Below, piece by piece: positions 8,789 to 17,856 of a stretch of DNA of 27,136 bases (its first letter is position 1; each line of letters starts with the position of its first letter). The stretch spans positions 1-27,136 of the forward strand of contig CAYSHM010000033.1 of the NCBI GenBank assembly GCA_964430885.1, written 5' to 3'. Under the pieces are notes generated by a model. The model ran no database searches. It was not told the DNA's origin and saw only the letters and a list, made by a program, of their open reading frames with translations. The position numbers and the translations under genes were made by a program. This DNA is from an uncultured archaeon (lineage in GTDB: Archaea > Thermoplasmatota > Penumbrarchaeia > JASLWR01).

Positions 8789-9187
8789 ATGGTGGAAGAA
8801 GAAGATAATAACGGCCCCTGGAGAGGCCAAGGAAGGGGCAGGGGAGGTGGCAGAGGAAAGGGGAGAGGGAGAGGATGCCGAGGGAGAGGACGGGGCAGGA
8901 GATGGATAACATCCCTTCCGGAATCTGATTATTACAGACCGAGAGGAGTTCATCCCGAAATGATGAAAGTAGAGGTTTTAAAACTGGAGGAGCTGGAGGC
9001 CATAAGGCTGGTGGATTTTGAAGGTATGAACCAGGAAGAAGCTGCAGCTCAGATGGGCGTTTCCAGAAAGACCATGTGGAACGATCTGAAAGCCGGCCGA
9101 ATGAAGGTGGCTTCAGCATTGATCCACGGCAAAGCAATAAGGATAGAGGGCGGAAGCTACGTGATCAGGGACGAGGAAAATAAATGA
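8789..9187 (+). CDS. DUF134 (UPF0251) HTH DNA-binding protein with an Arg/Gly-rich N-terminal extension
   Basis: 'LKLEELEAIRLVDFEGMNQEEAAAQMGVSRKT....LK.GR.KVA.ALIHGKAIRIEGG' is the DUF134 signature. In-frame ATGs at 8768, 8777 and 8789. Confidence 0.9.
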   Translation: MVEEEDNNGPWRGQGRGRGGGRGKGRGRGCRGRGRGRRWITSLPESDYYRPRGVHPEMMKVEVLKLEELEAIRLVDFEGMNQEEAAAQMGVSRKTMWNDLKAGRMKVASALIHGKAIRIEGGSYVIRDEENK

Positions 9188-9208
9188 TGAAATTTTAGGA
9201 GGGTAAAA

Positions 9209-9772
9209 TTGAAGATTGCAATTAGCTCCAAGGGTAGATTGATGGAGTCGGAAATGGACAATGCTATGGGCAGATGTCCTTTTTTTGCAGTACTGGATAC
9301 TCAAGATGGGGACGTTTTATTCCATGCCAATCCGGGAATAAATGAGCAGGGTGGAGCAGGAATAAAAGCTGCTGAATTTCTGATAAATCTAGGTATTGAT
9401 CATATCATTACTGGAAGCGTAGGGCCAAATGCTCGACCTCTCCTTAAAAGGAACAACATATCAATAATAAACCGATTTGGAGGGAAAATTGGCGAGATAA
9501 TTTCCGAGTTAAATGAAACCAATTCTCCGATGAGCAACCTCCCTTCAACAGTAAAAGTAAACCCGGAGACCAATACTCCACCAATTGGAGCTTCCAATAC
9601 ATTGAAAGAAGATGACAATGGAAACAAACACTCAAAAGGCCAAAGGGGCCCTCGCGGCTACTGCTACTGCCGGGGATGCGGAAGAATAACCGCGAATGAT
9701 GGAGGGGGGCCGTGCTATTCCCTCAAATGCCCCAATTGCGGCCTGATAATGGAAAGAAAATGGGAATTCTAA
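9209..9772 (+). CDS. NifB/NifX-family (COG1433) protein with a C-terminal six-Cys zinc-finger-like domain
   Basis: MKIAISS.G......GRCPFF...NP.....GGAGI.AA....IITGSVGPNA, then C-terminal GPRGYCYCRGC...PC...KCPNCG..MER. TTG start preceded by AGGAGGG. Confidence 0.88.
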   Translation: MKIAISSKGRLMESEMDNAMGRCPFFAVLDTQDGDVLFHANPGINEQGGAGIKAAEFLINLGIDHIITGSVGPNARPLLKRNNISIINRFGGKIGEIISELNETNSPMSNLPSTVKVNPETNTPPIGASNTLKEDDNGNKHSKGQRGPRGYCYCRGCGRITANDGGGPCYSLKCPNCGLIMERKWEF

Positions 9773-9862
9773 AATTCAGAAGGGTGTTCATATTCCATTT
9801 TATCATTAATCAATTCTGAATAATTCTTTGGAAAAATAACCATGATACATCAAGGTAATGAA

Positions 9863-9979
9863 ATGAAAGAAGCAGATGTAGTAGTTGTCGGAGGAAGCGC
9901 TGCGGGTATCCCTGCTGCAATAACTGCAAGAAGGCACTACCCACAAAAGAACATAATGCTGATAAGAAAAGAACAATAG
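9863..9979 (+). pseudogene. Truncated remnant (38 codons) of an FAD-dependent pyridine nucleotide-disulfide oxidoreductase (NADH oxidase/CoA-disulfide reductase-like)
   Basis: Manual translation gives MKEADVVVVGGSAAGIPAAITARRHYPQKNIMLIRKEQ*, an FAD-binding GxxxxG beta-alpha-beta start ended by TAG at 9977-9979. It is not in the ORF track. Confidence 0.8.
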
Positions 9980-10032
9980 ATTCTTAGCAAAACAATTCGT
10001 GTTAATTGATGAATAACATACTTGGTGTGTCA

Positions 10033-10608
10033 ATGAAAAAGATCCGTGAACTTATTGAAAGGAACCGATCCTATAGGCGGTTTGATGAAGCGCGTAAATT
10101 AACCAAAGATGTACTTTTACAGTTAATCGACAATGCTAGAATATCCTCCTCCGCTGCAAACCGGCAGCCTTTGAAATATATTATTAGCTGCACTGATGTT
10201 AAGAACAAATCAATATTCCCTTTCCTGAAATGGGCGGGTTATCTCAAGGATTGGAACGGGCCTGTGGAAGGTGAAAGACCTACTGCATACATAATCATGG
10301 TTCATGACAAGGAAATAGGAAATAATGTTTGGTGGGACCACGGGATCGCTGCTGAAAATATTCTATTGTCTGCTGTGGAGATGGGTCTGGGCGGATGCAT
10401 GTTAGGCGCCATAGATAAAAATGGTCTGAAAAAGGCATTGGGACTTGAAGAACAATATGAAGTGCTTATGGTTATTGCCCTTGGCAAACCCGCTGAAAAG
10501 GTTGTACTTGAAGAGATAGGGAACGATGGAGATATCAAGTATTACAGGGACGGCTCAGAGGTCCATCACGTACCTAAACGGTCCCTTGATGAGATAATTA
10601 TTGAATAG
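10033..10608 (+). CDS. Nitroreductase family protein
   Basis: RNRSYRRF, SSAANRQP, DHGIAAENILLSAVEMGLGGCMLG, IALGKP and HHVPKRSL. ATG 10033 follows GGTGTG; track start is 10006. Confidence 0.93.
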   Translation: MKKIRELIERNRSYRRFDEARKLTKDVLLQLIDNARISSSAANRQPLKYIISCTDVKNKSIFPFLKWAGYLKDWNGPVEGERPTAYIIMVHDKEIGNNVWWDHGIAAENILLSAVEMGLGGCMLGAIDKNGLKKALGLEEQYEVLMVIALGKPAEKVVLEEIGNDGDIKYYRDGSEVHHVPKRSLDEIIIE

Positions 10609-10634
10609 AGGATGAAATCCATTTTTCGAGACAT

Positions 10635-13600
10635 TCAATCCCAATCATCTTCGGCATCCAGGTCAATATTGAATTCGTCATCATCCCAATCCGATCCCTC
10701 AACCGAAACGGGGTCTTCAGGTTCCGGTTCTAGTTCCGGTTCTTGAGGGGCATCAGGATCCAATGAAATATCAACGGATCCATCCGTGGGTTCCCCGGGT
10801 TCTTCAATCGGTATGTCATCTTCGGAATCTCCGTCATCAATTTCATCACTTGCCGAGGCGCCTATCAACCCCTTATCCTCATCCACCGAGTCTGACTTGC
10901 CACCGTCTTCATCGGGGATTTCATTTTCGTCCTCTTCAGCATCCTTATCCGCTCCCTCCTCGGATTCATCTTCCTTGGATTCTTCTTCCTCTTCCTCTGG
11001 TTCACCATGGTCCTCTTCAGCATCCTCATCAAGTCCTGCAGCAGCTTCCATCTCCCCGCCGTCATCATCATCCTTCTTCTTTCTCCGCATTATAATAACT
11101 AGAAGAACAATGACCGCCAGCAGCACCACTACACCGATTATTATGTAGAGCAGGAAATCGTCGTCATCCCCCTCATCCTCAGACCCTGTTGTATTACCGT
11201 CATCATCACCTGCAGTATCATCGTCCCCGGTGGTGTCGTCATCTCCAGTGGTATCGTCGTCTCCGGTAGTGTCGTCGTCTCCAGTAGTATCATCATCATC
11301 GGTATCATCATCGTCAGGAGTATCATCATCGTCACCAATGTCATCATCACCTCCGCTGCCTGAATAATCCGAAACAACAATGGAAATATTGGCAATATTG
11401 TTCAGTTCATCGGTCTCCACGAGATCATCCCAAAAATCCGCAAGGACCATAACCGTATGAGTTCCCTTCACTCCGCTCCACATAAGCTCAACAGGGACGG
11501 ATGAGTCCCCGGATTCAACTGTTATGACCTGGGTTGTGATCGGTTCCTGGTCCACTACAAGACCGACGGTAACTAACCCCGCCTGATCCAATCCAGTGGA
11601 TTGAAGGGTGGCATTTATGGTGATCACATCGCTTTCCTGTGGTGAGGAGGGTGAGTGTCCGATATTGCCTATTGAAAAGTCCCCCGCAGTTGGGTAGATC
11701 GGGTCCTGCACCATAACAGAGATGAAACCGCCGTATATGTCGTAATGTTTGGAATTGTTCTGATCCGGCATGCCGTAAACCATATAGTAAAGCTGATCCA
11801 TTCCGCCAACGAACTGCATTTCGACCTTCTGACCTGAAACATCCATGCTTTTTCCCATTACTGCATCGGTCCAGACTCCGCCCTCCAGGGTCTGGGTCTT
11901 TAAAGCTGTCGTCCTGTTGATCTCCGAGGAATATGCAAGGATAATCTGGTCCTTGTCGTTCTTCTCAAGGGCAAGGCTCCTGACCACTACATCGCTTCCT
12001 GCGGACTCGGTCTCTATCCCGGTAATTGAACCGCCCTCCGTACTGAATGTACTGAAGTATATACCGTCCTGGTTGACACCTGCTTTCTTAGGGAGACCAT
12101 CCGGAAGAATTCCAACCCATGAAACAGCTGCATCATTGCCGGAAAGAAGTTTTGCCGATGGGGAGCATGAGTTTTTAGAATCCAGTTTCACTGCGCTGCT
12201 CCATCCTCCATCATGGAATGAAGTGGTGTATATCATGTTATTGGCAACATAGGCAAGGAGTACCCTTCCATTGTCGGCGTCCATATCAAAGGTCTGTGGA
12301 CCCTCTGCAACCCCTGGATTGGGAAGATTCTTCCAGCCTACCGATTCCGTTGTATAGGCCGCTACCCTGAAACGTGTATCCCCTGTTGTGGCGGGGTTCA
12401 TATCCCGGTCTTCCTTCCAGGCTAATATATATCTGCCTGCATTATCATATACCAGGCGCGGCTCGACCTCCTGATGATCATTATCAGTGATCCACTCTGG
12501 AGAGGACCATGTACCTGCATCCTTGTCATAAAAGCTGGAGCGAAGTTCCACCTTGGATGAGGCAAGGAATGGATTGCTTTCAGATGTAAGAGTGTTATCC
12601 TTGTAGGCTGCCCAGACCGCCATTGCATTACCCGACCGGTCATATGCAATTGTCGGGGCATAGGCGCTGTAGCCGTCAGACGATATCCAGGGCATCTTTT
12701 CCCAAGCAGCGTTCATTCCATCCCAGCCCAGGGAAGATATCCCTAAGCTTCCAGGTATTTCTTTAGCTGCATCATCCTCCACCATTATTATCTGAGCATT
12801 GCCGAACTGATCCACAGCAAGAGAAGGATTTGCCAGGGGGGAGGTTCCCTCCAGGAGTTTATCACCGCCCATTGTCCAGGTGAAATCCTGGCTGTTGAGC
12901 CAGGGCCGGTCGGTTATACCCGAGTTTCGGGTTACCCAGGGATGGGTTTCTGATTCCAGATACAGTGAACCCGACCTGCTGCTCCCCTTGGGTCTATTCT
13001 CGTAGAGCACGAAATCGAAGGTCTTTGAAGCACTGTCAGGTATGGTATACCAGCCGACGAATCCTTCAAGGAACAATTTCAATTTCAGACCCAGTTTTCT
13101 CAGATATGGCGACGGGAAACCCAGGGCACCGTTGACCCCCACCTCGTAGCCGACAGAGACCGAGCCCGCATAACCTTTCAGAAGATCCACATTGGTCTTC
13201 ACAATAAGACTGAATGAAAGACCCCCCTCCCCATCCTTCCAGCTGAAAGGTATACTTGGGAAGAAACTGTTTGATTTGGTGGCATCAATGACAGCCTTTA
13301 TCATGAGCTCGGCCTTGACCGCGACGGTCACGCTTACGTCCACAAGATAATCCAGTATCCATTTCAGGACCTTGCCGAGAACATAGCTGAGTCCCAGGGT
13401 CTTAGCGGCAAATATCTTTCCGAGATAGACCAGAAGCTCATTGAGGCCTACGGTCAATCCACCTGTCAGAGAGGTCTTGCCGTCTATGGATATGGTAGTG
13501 ACCTTGATATATTCACCATCGGGATCGTTAAGATCGTAGACCACGATCACATCTATGGCGAGTTCACCCTCGCCAGCAAGCTCGAAACCGACATCCATCT

Positions 13601-16600
13601 TTCCTGCCTTGGATTTTATCTCCGTCTCACCCATAGGGAAGGAGAACCCGTATTCAGCCGATCCTCCAGCCACCGCGCTGCCGCCGCTATCGAAATCGAT
13701 ATGGAACTCAAAACCGAAATTCAGACCGGTTGAAAGCTCCTTGGAATCTGTGAAACCCAGTACATTGGTCACAAGCTTTGTGGGATTGGCCTCCAGCCTG
13801 AACTCGTAGCCTACGGTGAAATTGTAGGTGACAAGATCATCCTGCACTGGTGTGCATTTTACCTTGCTCCACAGCTTGGTCTTGATAAGACTGTTATCTA
13901 TATCATGGGTCAATCCGTTCTTCTGAATGAAATTATCTATAGCCACCACCCAGCTGGGCCGCTCGATTATATGATACTCCGTATCGTGACCTGTGGTATT
14001 GGAATATCCGAACTTGGAAGTTGCCGTGACATTAAGAACATTAACATGAGGATGGGTTCTCAGATTATCCATTCTGAAGTCAGCCCACCAGGTGTCAGTA
14101 TTGCCGTCATATGTTCCCCTGACATTCTGGTTCCAGAAAGAGAAGGTAACCTTGATGACCGGATCGTCAGGATCCCCTGCCTGTACCTTTGCCGTGAACC
14201 TCTGGGTGAGCTTTATACCCTGGACAAACACATCACCTCTGTACTGAGCCTTGATCTCGGTGACGCTGGGGGGCGGAAGCTGCTTCATCTCAATAACTAT
14301 ATCCTTGGTAACTCCGGGAGTTATCTGGATATTCTTCACTTCCTTTGTGAAATAGGCATATTTCTTTGCATAAAGGGACCAGGTTCCCGGAGCTATATTA
14401 TTTATTCTGGCTGAACCATTGGAGTCGCTGACATCCTGAAACGGGTTGTTGGGATCTGCGGATACAGCTTCCTCCGGATTCTTGCTGGATGCCAGTATTA
14501 TTGATACATTGTCAAGTTTCTCCTTGGTTTCCTCATCCTGAACGGTGACAGATATATTGCAGGGATTTCCGTCCATCCAGTACATACTGTAAAACATGAT
14601 CCCCTCATCGGTTCCAACATCGTAATGGGTTGCAAACCCGTCCTTTGTGATGGTGCTTGAGGTCCATCCGTCATAGGCTATACACTCGAAATAGCCGTTC
14701 TCATTGGTGACTGTCTCGTTATTCCCGCCTCCTGCAGCAACGGTGAAATTGGCTCCCTGAAGGGCTCCGGAACTGGTACCTTCTGGATCATAGACCCTCT
14801 GCATGACATAACCCCACAGGAACACTCCTTCATTGGTGTCAGAATCCGATCCTCCGCCCAGATAATATGTGTATGTTCCGCCGGATGGACCTATCTGCAG
14901 TAGATCGTTCTTACCCGGCAGCCTAATTAGAGCCCATCCCGGAAGTGTTGTCAGGGTTGTAGTTCCACCAACCGTCATATTCCCAACATCCATTCCAATA
15001 TACTCGAACTGATTATCTATGGAAACCCAATCGTTCACCGGATCGTACTGTGCATCGTTCTCGTTCCATTCCCATAAATTGACCGTAACCTCCACAAAGT
15101 TCAGGGCAAGATCACCAAGCTGAACCTCCACCTCTCTCCAAAGAAGGGTTCCGTCCAGTTCAAATGTGTTCTCCCAGGGCTGAAAATGAGGATGTTCCAG
15201 CCTGATTGTGTGATTGCCTACAGGAATATCGTGCATGAAGAACTCGAAGTAGTTATCATGGTTCGGACTGTATGGTATGGGTGCGATCTGCTCTTTAATG
15301 ACATTCTGCCCATCCATTATCTTCACTGTCCAGGGAAGACTTTTCTGTGTGAGAAGAGCATATGAATCGAAATGTATCCTGACCTGTATCGACTCCACGA
15401 GATTGGGGTAGAAGACCTTTTCCATATCATTGATCTCCCCGGGTAGGAACCATAGGGTCTTGTCAAGATATCCAGGCACCTGGACCCGGATCAGGTAGTG
15501 TCCGATGGGCAGACCGGTGAGTATCAGGCGGCCGTCCTCAATTGGTATTGGGTCAGTTGGAAAAAGCTCGGATCCGTTCTTGTCCCACCAGTAATAATGG
15601 TCGAAGAACTCCATTGCATAGGCATCTAATATGGTTACCGTTCCATTGAGTGCTTCAACTTTGCAGTAGCCCCAATCCCTGTTCGCCTTGGCCAGGTAAA
15701 AATAGGATGTTGAATCCCGCAGCCTGGGTTCGGGGTGAAAATGAATATAGGTTCTCTTTCCGGCTTCCACCTTGACCATCTGTTCCTCCGGAAGAAGAAA
15801 ACCTCTCTGGTCCTGGTACCAATCCTCCCCTGTCGGCAGGGTCTGGTTGTTCTCCTCCCAGGCGCAGTAAAACCTTACCAGATAAACACCTGAGGGCACC
15901 GAGGACCACACTGCAGAATAATTGTGGCTGTTGAATAATAGGCCTGCATCGTTATCCTCCTCGCTCCATACGGCAGGTAACTTGATATCGTCCTGATTTC
16001 TGAAAACCACATTCATCGGCGCATCCTCGGGAATATCTACTGGGGCATGGACCTTGATCTCTACAGATCCCTTGGAAAGGTTAACCACTATCTTTCTCTG
16101 GATATCATCTCCCGGCGAGATGCTCTGGGACACGCTGACATTATTGAACTTGAAATGGTCGATAATAATATTGTAATCTCCAGGAGGAATGTTCACGAAC
16201 TTCACTATTCCTGAATCATCGGTCTCGTTTATATAAGGACCCAGTCCTCCGAACTCTGATTCACCCGATAAAGTGACGGAAAGGTTCTTGACCGGATGGG
16301 GGTTGTCCGCGTCCATATTGAACCAGCCGTTCCATACAACATTGATCTCAAGGGAGGAAGGGTAAGGTGTAAGAAGAAAATCCTGAAGTGTCAGTGAGTC
16401 CCCTTCGATTATGATATTGGATCTGTTGTCGGAATAGTACTCGGCAGCCGAGGCTGAACCTGAATAAGTGCCCGGATCCATATGGAGTATCTGGTAGAAA
16501 CCAGTGTCATTTGTTGTGGTATCCTGGATTCCGATTGTCACGGTGGCACCGACCATTGGGCCGCCTGTGAGAGCGTCACGAACGGTCCCCTGGACAAGGG

Positions 16601-17126
16601 TAGGCACCTTCTGGCCAGCGGTGGTAGGTGTGAGATTGAGCACCTGGTTGACGAATTCACCTTTGGCTACCTTGATTTTCACGGTCTCCTCCCCGTAGAA
16701 CTCCTTCTTCGCTCTTACCCAGTAATCACCTTCGGTGAGATGTGAGAAGGTAAAGAAGCCGAAGAAATCGCTGGTTGTCTGATTCTCAGGCGTATCCGGG
16801 AGAACCTGTTTGCCGTCCTTCTCCTCGGTTCTGTTGAATATTTCCACCTCTGCACCGTAAATGGGATTCTCGGTATTGTTCAGAAGCACAAAACCGCTCA
16901 AAAATGCATAGTATCCCAGGGCCCGGCTACCACCGTCCTCGGGTATTAGACCGTTTGATGCTGATGAGCCTGTACTTCTATTTTGGCCGCTACGGGCAAA
17001 TGAATCCATTATAACCCCGTTGAATGGAGTTATTAGGAACAATAATACGATCATAACAGGTCCTAGGACCTTCATTGATGGAGCGAAGCTCCTTAATTGA
17101 GAGAGATTACTTTCCAGGGACTTCAT
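10635..17126 (-). CDS. Very large (2163 aa) type-I membrane-anchored surface protein with carboxypeptidase-regulatory-like/Ig repeats, a beta-rich central region, a propeller-like region, a CARDB domain, an Asp-rich linker, a TM anchor and an acidic cytoplasmic tail
   Basis: N-terminal hydrophobic signal. Repeats such as 'GTVRDALTGGP..GATV...TTNDTGFY.I....PGTY'. CARDB end 'GTHTVMVLAD..D.LVETDELNN'. TM segment LYIIIGVVVLLAVIVLLVII followed by RRKKK, then a D/E-rich tail. RBS AGGTG upstream of ATG 17126. Confidence 0.9.
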   Translation of the reverse strand: MKSLESNLSQLRSFAPSMKVLGPVMIVLLFLITPFNGVIMDSFARSGQNRSTGSSASNGLIPEDGGSRALGYYAFLSGFVLLNNTENPIYGAEVEIFNRTEEKDGKQVLPDTPENQTTSDFFGFFTFSHLTEGDYWVRAKKEFYGEETVKIKVAKGEFVNQVLNLTPTTAGQKVPTLVQGTVRDALTGGPMVGATVTIGIQDTTTNDTGFYQILHMDPGTYSGSASAAEYYSDNRSNIIIEGDSLTLQDFLLTPYPSSLEINVVWNGWFNMDADNPHPVKNLSVTLSGESEFGGLGPYINETDDSGIVKFVNIPPGDYNIIIDHFKFNNVSVSQSISPGDDIQRKIVVNLSKGSVEIKVHAPVDIPEDAPMNVVFRNQDDIKLPAVWSEEDNDAGLLFNSHNYSAVWSSVPSGVYLVRFYCAWEENNQTLPTGEDWYQDQRGFLLPEEQMVKVEAGKRTYIHFHPEPRLRDSTSYFYLAKANRDWGYCKVEALNGTVTILDAYAMEFFDHYYWWDKNGSELFPTDPIPIEDGRLILTGLPIGHYLIRVQVPGYLDKTLWFLPGEINDMEKVFYPNLVESIQVRIHFDSYALLTQKSLPWTVKIMDGQNVIKEQIAPIPYSPNHDNYFEFFMHDIPVGNHTIRLEHPHFQPWENTFELDGTLLWREVEVQLGDLALNFVEVTVNLWEWNENDAQYDPVNDWVSIDNQFEYIGMDVGNMTVGGTTTLTTLPGWALIRLPGKNDLLQIGPSGGTYTYYLGGGSDSDTNEGVFLWGYVMQRVYDPEGTSSGALQGANFTVAAGGGNNETVTNENGYFECIAYDGWTSSTITKDGFATHYDVGTDEGIMFYSMYWMDGNPCNISVTVQDEETKEKLDNVSIILASSKNPEEAVSADPNNPFQDVSDSNGSARINNIAPGTWSLYAKKYAYFTKEVKNIQITPGVTKDIVIEMKQLPPPSVTEIKAQYRGDVFVQGIKLTQRFTAKVQAGDPDDPVIKVTFSFWNQNVRGTYDGNTDTWWADFRMDNLRTHPHVNVLNVTATSKFGYSNTTGHDTEYHIIERPSWVVAIDNFIQKNGLTHDIDNSLIKTKLWSKVKCTPVQDDLVTYNFTVGYEFRLEANPTKLVTNVLGFTDSKELSTGLNFGFEFHIDFDSGGSAVAGGSAEYGFSFPMGETEIKSKAGKMDVGFELAGEGELAIDVIVVYDLNDPDGEYIKVTTISIDGKTSLTGGLTVGLNELLVYLGKIFAAKTLGLSYVLGKVLKWILDYLVDVSVTVAVKAELMIKAVIDATKSNSFFPSIPFSWKDGEGGLSFSLIVKTNVDLLKGYAGSVSVGYEVGVNGALGFPSPYLRKLGLKLKLFLEGFVGWYTIPDSASKTFDFVLYENRPKGSSRSGSLYLESETHPWVTRNSGITDRPWLNSQDFTWTMGGDKLLEGTSPLANPSLAVDQFGNAQIIMVEDDAAKEIPGSLGISSLGWDGMNAAWEKMPWISSDGYSAYAPTIAYDRSGNAMAVWAAYKDNTLTSESNPFLASSKVELRSSFYDKDAGTWSSPEWITDNDHQEVEPRLVYDNAGRYILAWKEDRDMNPATTGDTRFRVAAYTTESVGWKNLPNPGVAEGPQTFDMDADNGRVLLAYVANNMIYTTSFHDGGWSSAVKLDSKNSCSPSAKLLSGNDAAVSWVGILPDGLPKKAGVNQDGIYFSTFSTEGGSITGIETESAGSDVVVRSLALEKNDKDQIILAYSSEINRTTALKTQTLEGGVWTDAVMGKSMDVSGQKVEMQFVGGMDQLYYMVYGMPDQNNSKHYDIYGGFISVMVQDPIYPTAGDFSIGNIGHSPSSPQESDVITINATLQSTGLDQAGLVTVGLVVDQEPITTQVITVESGDSSVPVELMWSGVKGTHTVMVLADFWDDLVETDELNNIANISIVVSDYSGSGGDDDIGDDDDTPDDDDTDDDDTTGDDDTTGDDDTTGDDDTTGDDDTAGDDDGNTTGSEDEGDDDDFLLYIIIGVVVLLAVIVLLVIIMRRKKKDDDDGGEMEAAAGLDEDAEEDHGEPEEEEEESKEDESEEGADKDAEEDENEIPDEDGGKSDSVDEDKGLIGASASDEIDDGDSEDDIPIEEPGEPTDGSVDISLDPDAPQEPELEPEPEDPVSVEGSDWDDDEFNIDLDAEDDWD
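11200..11352 (-). repeat. Coding tandem repeat (about 18-bp units) encoding GDDD(TT) in the juxtamembrane stalk
   Basis: Protein GDDDIGDDDDTPDDDDTDDDDTTGDDDTTGDDDTTGDDDTTGDDDTAGDDD. The DNA units differ at synonymous positions. Confidence 0.9.
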
Positions 17127-17292
17127 GGGTGAACACCTTTTTTTATGTAAAATCTAATAACAGTGTTAATGCGAGGAAAGTTGTAATAAATAAAATTTTA
17201 GATGGAATTGGAAGCAAGGCGGTTTTTAGTGAAAGCTGTAAAAGCAAATCAATAATAAATGCTTTATAAAGGCCCATCAATTACTAATTTGA

Positions 17293-17856
17293 TCAAAAAT
17301 ACTTGTCTATTCCACCGTAGCCCACCATCTTGTTCTCACGGGTCTTCTTGATGAAGTTGTCAAGGCGTTTTCTGAACTCCTCGGGCCTTGCCCTCCCTAC
17401 ATTAATATAGGCTACCCTAATCCTTTTGTAAGGTTCTGAGAAATTATTATAATTCTCCCAGACACCCGGGTCTTTCCGAATCTCGTCAATGATATCATCC
17501 GGAAATACAAATTCTTCGTTAACCACATCCCTTACCGCATCCGCCAATGAAGGATGAACCATATTTTGGTCCAAGAGCCACCTGAGCCTCTCCTTGTTGG
17601 GCTGGGAATATGAGCTCCTCTTTCTTCTGGGAGTATATCTTTGGGCCGAGCTTTCTGGATCATACTTCTTTATTGTGCTGTCTATCCACCCGAAGCATAG
17701 GGCCTCCTCCACCGCATCATTGTAGGGTATCCGGTTCTTGCTGGAAGCCTTGTGAGGATTGATCAGCCAGATCTCCTTTTTATCGCGGAAGTTCTCAGAA
17801 AGCCATTTTCTCCACTCTTTCCGGTCTGAAAAATATACTGTTTCAGTTATCTCCAT
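17293..17856 (-). CDS. YdeI/OmpD-associated family protein (annotated 'bacteriocin protection'; function uncertain)
   Basis: WRKWL..N....EIWL, Y.DAVEEALCFGWIDS, QRYTPRR..S.YS..NK.R and RPEEF.KRL. ATG 17856 is preceded by GGTGA and overlaps the upstream gene's stop at 17843. Confidence 0.9.
   Translation of the reverse strand: MEITETVYFSDRKEWRKWLSENFRDKKEIWLINPHKASSKNRIPYNDAVEEALCFGWIDSTIKKYDPESSAQRYTPRRKRSSYSQPNKERLRWLLDQNMVHPSLADAVRDVVNEEFVFPDDIIDEIRKDPGVWENYNNFSEPYKRIRVAYINVGRARPEEFRKRLDNFIKKTRENKMVGYGGIDKYF

Noticed and set aside
9977-10009. Pyrrolysine or other read-through of the TAG in the flavoprotein remnant
   Set aside because: Read-through gives only ILSKTIRVN before TGA, with no continuing oxidoreductase sequence.
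11200-11352. 18-bp repeat as a CRISPR or non-coding repeat
   Set aside because: In-frame coding repeat with synonymous variation and no spacers.
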